Positions 62,401-64,000 of a DNA stretch of 64,000 bases are shown here, piece after piece. Source of the stretch: Gammaproteobacteria bacterium (GTDB lineage: Bacteria; Pseudomonadota; Gammaproteobacteria; Eutrophobiales; Eutrophobiaceae); assembly GCA_965221695.1 (NCBI GenBank), contig OZ244905.1:1024001-1088000 (forward strand). The letters are read 5' to 3'. Position numbers and translations under genes: made by a program. Below the pieces are notes generated by a model, which saw only the letters and a program-made list of their open reading frames with translations, had not been told where the DNA came from and did no database searches. How positions within the stretch are numbered: position 1 is the stretch's first letter; the number at the start of each line of letters is the position of its first letter.

Positions 62401-64000
62401 GTTTGAATCCCGCGCCGTGAGCGTGTACACGTAGGTATTGTTCGTGTCGCTGTCGGTCGGGTTCTCATAGTCCCGCGCGCTCAGGTTCACTGTCACGCCC
62501 GTGCTGCTCTGGCTCGACAACGTGAAGTCGTCCGTCCCGTCTGCTCCGCCGAGTGTCCAGCTCACCGCGCCCTGCGCGTTCGCCAGGCTTGCCGTGACGG
62601 TGTACGGCGTGTTCTCGTTCACAGTGGCGTTCGCCAGGCCGCTTAAGGTCAATGTCGAGGGAGTGGTGTCCGCATCAATCGTGATGCTGAACGTCAGCGT
62701 GGCCTCATCGCCATCGCTGTCGGTCGCCCTGTACGTGTAGGTGGTGGCGGCCTGCGTCCCCGTCGGCGTGCCGGTCAAGGTGCGGGCGCTGGCGTCAAAC
62801 GTCAGACCGTCCGGCGCATCCGGCGCCAGCGTGTACGTCAGCGTGCCGTCGCCGCCGCTCGCCTGCGGCAGGTCAAGCCGGGTAATCGCCGAGTTCTGCA
62901 TGTAGGTCTGGTTGGCAATGGTGGCGCTGCCGAAGCTCGGCGCATTGTCCGCAGTAATCGTGATGGTGAACGTCAGCTCGGCCGGGTCGCCATCGCTGTC
63001 GGTCGCCCTGTACGTGTAGGTGGTGGCGGCCTGCGTCCCCGTCGGCGTGCCGGTCAAGGTGCGGGCGCTGGCGTCAAACGTCAGACCGTCCGGCGCATCC
63101 GGCGCCAGCGTGTACGTCAGCGTGCCGTCGCCGCCGCTCGCCTGCGGCAGGTCAAGCCGGGTAATCGCCGAGTTCTGCATGTAGGTCTGGTTGGCAATGG
63201 TGGCGCTGCCGAAGCTCGGCGCATTGTCCGCAGTAATCGTGATGGTGAACGTCAGCTCGGCCGGGTCGCCATCGCTGTCGGTCGCCCTGTACGTGTAGGT
63301 GGTGGCGGCCTGCGTCCCCGTCGGCGTGCCGGTCAAGGTGCGGGCGCTGGCGTCAAACGTCAGACCGTCCGGCGCATCCGGCGCCAGCGTGTACGTCAGC
63401 GTGCCGTCGCCGCCGCTCGCCTGCGGCAGGTCAAGCCGGGTAATCGCCGAGTTCTGCATGTAGGTCTGGTTGGCAATGGTGGCGCTGCCGAAGCTCGGCG
63501 CATTGTCCGCAGTAATCGTGATGGTGAACGTCAGCTCGGCCGGGTCGCCATCGCTGTCGGTCGCCCTGTACGTGTAGGTGGTGGCGGCCTGCGTCCCCGT
63601 CGGCGTGCCGGTCAAGGTGCGGGCGCTGGCGTCAAACGTCAGACCGTCCGGCGCATCCGGCGCCAGCGTGTACGTCAGCGTGCCGTCGCCGCCGCTCGCC
63701 TGCGGCAGGTCAAGCCGGGTAATCGCCGAGTTCTGCATGTAGGTCTGGTTGGCAATGGTGGCGCTGCCGAAGCTCGGCGCATTGTCCGCAGTAATCGTGA
63801 TGGTGAACGTCAGCTCGGCCGGGTCGCCATCGCTGTCGGTCGCCCTGTACGTGTAGGTGGTGGCGGCCTGCGTCCCCGTCGGCGTGCCGGTCAAGGTGCG
63901 GGCGCTGGCGTCAAACGTCAGACCGTCCGGCGCATCCGGCGCCAGCGTGTACGTCAGCGTGCCGTCGCCGCCGCTCGCCTGCGGCAGGTCAAGCCGGGTA
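59416..64000 (-). CDS. Second large autotransporter adhesin (5'-truncated by the window edge), paralog of 13129-54867
   Basis: The reading frame continues through the repeats to the window end; putative-Ig repeats, cadherin-like unit, Pro9 hinge, Ig stalk, and a beta-barrel highly similar to the first gene with the identical last residues EESWNISPEHSFWLNLEWGYR. Confidence 0.92.
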   Translation of the reverse strand, partial: TRLDLPQASGGDGTLTYTLAPDAPDGLTFDASARTLTGTPTGTQAATTYTYRATDSDGDPAELTFTITITADNAPSFGSATIANQTYMQNSAITRLDLPQASGGDGTLTYTLAPDAPDGLTFDASARTLTGTPTGTQAATTYTYRATDSDGDPAELTFTITITADNAPSFGSATIANQTYMQNSAITRLDLPQASGGDGTLTYTLAPDAPDGLTFDASARTLTGTPTGTQAATTYTYRATDSDGDPAELTFTITITADNAPSFGSATIANQTYMQNSAITRLDLPQASGGDGTLTYTLAPDAPDGLTFDASARTLTGTPTGTQAATTYTYRATDSDGDPAELTFTITITADNAPSFGSATIANQTYMQNSAITRLDLPQASGGDGTLTYTLAPDAPDGLTFDASARTLTGTPTGTQAATTYTYRATDSDGDEATLTFSITIDADTTPSTLTLSGLANATVNENTPYTVTASLANAQGAVSWTLGGADGTDDFTLSSQSSTGVTVNLSARDYENPTDSDTNNTYVYTLTARDSNGNTATSGNITVTVRDVDETTPPPPPPPPPNNAPVLLMSAGDQILLVDENRTLDIMGLFNDSDGDVLIYTATTDASSIVAVDVDSAERLTLTGVALGETNVTITASDGRGGTASDTFKVTVAPPNEAPVVATPLSDLTLVVGQTQQVDVSGAFSDADGDALTYTAVSADETVVTLAVTGSALTLTGVAVGAATITVTADDGRGRASDLFTVTVALSNEAPEVATPLSDQTLDVDQTQQVDVSATFTDADGDALTYTAVSADTSVVTVAITGATLTLTGASAGDTAITITADDGRGGTASDRFAVTVVMPNRAPAVDMPLSDQGIDVDQVQQVDVSAAFTDADGDTLTYTAVSDDETIVTVTLSGSDLTLTGVSVGAANVTVTAADETGEAVSDTFAVTVSEAPIDAVQVTDVHEDLLPHLTLSVIGRTTQALSDRISSVRSGAGQTSTILGRSVKPSPSTQPGQPTAYGAESGLPLLGIEALPEEEQASPDVGAGAETQIGIESGSLLSGTTSRVDPSAGGTGQPLSDDEERLALSGITQTFGHSTQALPGTESRVDPTLGGSRTGGRTQPTPDVFDVFDTPGGWEYRRRFDLRQLLNRASFVLPLNFGADDGSESGEPGKVVTLWGEGSYTDLRSKGNNAVTWDGGVANFHLGADIEATEQLLLGAALSRTEGRFDYTDRSDARRTFTGDYDISLTSLYPYADWMVSPDLSIWGALGYGLGELDLTVDDEGYRQESDVDMYSAALGVTGRFFRRGGWQLGYQGEAMYAAMSVEDAPDIDVQRVRAVLEGRHMSATEAGQFEQFAELGVRIDGGDAQSGAGLDLAGGVRYATDTGWALQLRGAGLLANSNYREWQVSGLLEKAYQADGTGWMLRLTPHYSPVRSLGSIEGGARQLWERNIDDMVRGQRSPTSDEYRFGMETEVGYGLFIRDRLWTVYSRTTGLGERSRRFMLGTEMSDVLLGGSVLRVGFEGVREESWNISPEHSFWLNLEWGYR
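62708..64000 (-). repeat. Perfect 279-bp tandem repeats (93-aa putative-Ig units), at least 4.6 copies
   Basis: CCATCGCTGTCGGTCGCCCTG at 62711, 62990, 63269, 63548 and 63827; no differences seen between units. Confidence 0.95.

Overview
GC-rich bacterial window; the gene set (single-chain PurL, MsrPQ, an autotransporter) suggests a Gammaproteobacterium. The very large FN3/Ig load resembles marine-invertebrate (e.g. sponge) symbionts, but that is inference only. The first 10 kb (+ strand) is core/metabolic: purL with a 5x45-bp in-frame insertion, msrP-msrQ, an Smr-domain gene, an acetylene-hydratase-like Mo/W-bisMGD enzyme and an FAD monooxygenase. From 10 kb to the window end every gene is on the - strand: dinJ with a nonsense-interrupted yafQ, a quinone oxidoreductase, a DUF1778/GNAT toxin-antitoxin pair, a 41.7-kb gene for a 13,912-aa autotransporter adhesin, a cluster of small cassette-like genes (two AAA_14/DUF4143 ATPase-nucleases, two DUF1640/CCDC90-like coiled coils, parD with a destroyed parE), and the 3' part of a second paralogous autotransporter with perfect 279-bp repeats. 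The two most striking signals are (1) eight copies of a ~155-aa domain in the giant adhesin with a constant framework and a hypervariable, non-synonymously diversified core, plus a loop-variable FN3 class, suggesting an antibody-like binding repertoire on one polypeptide, and (2) a palindromic element whose inner hairpin (TGTGTCGCCCGNAGGGCGAC) lies at several gene ends and truncation points, suggesting hairpin-associated rearrangement of the locus. No recombinase, reverse transcriptase or transposase is encoded in the window. All counts and alignments were done by eye.
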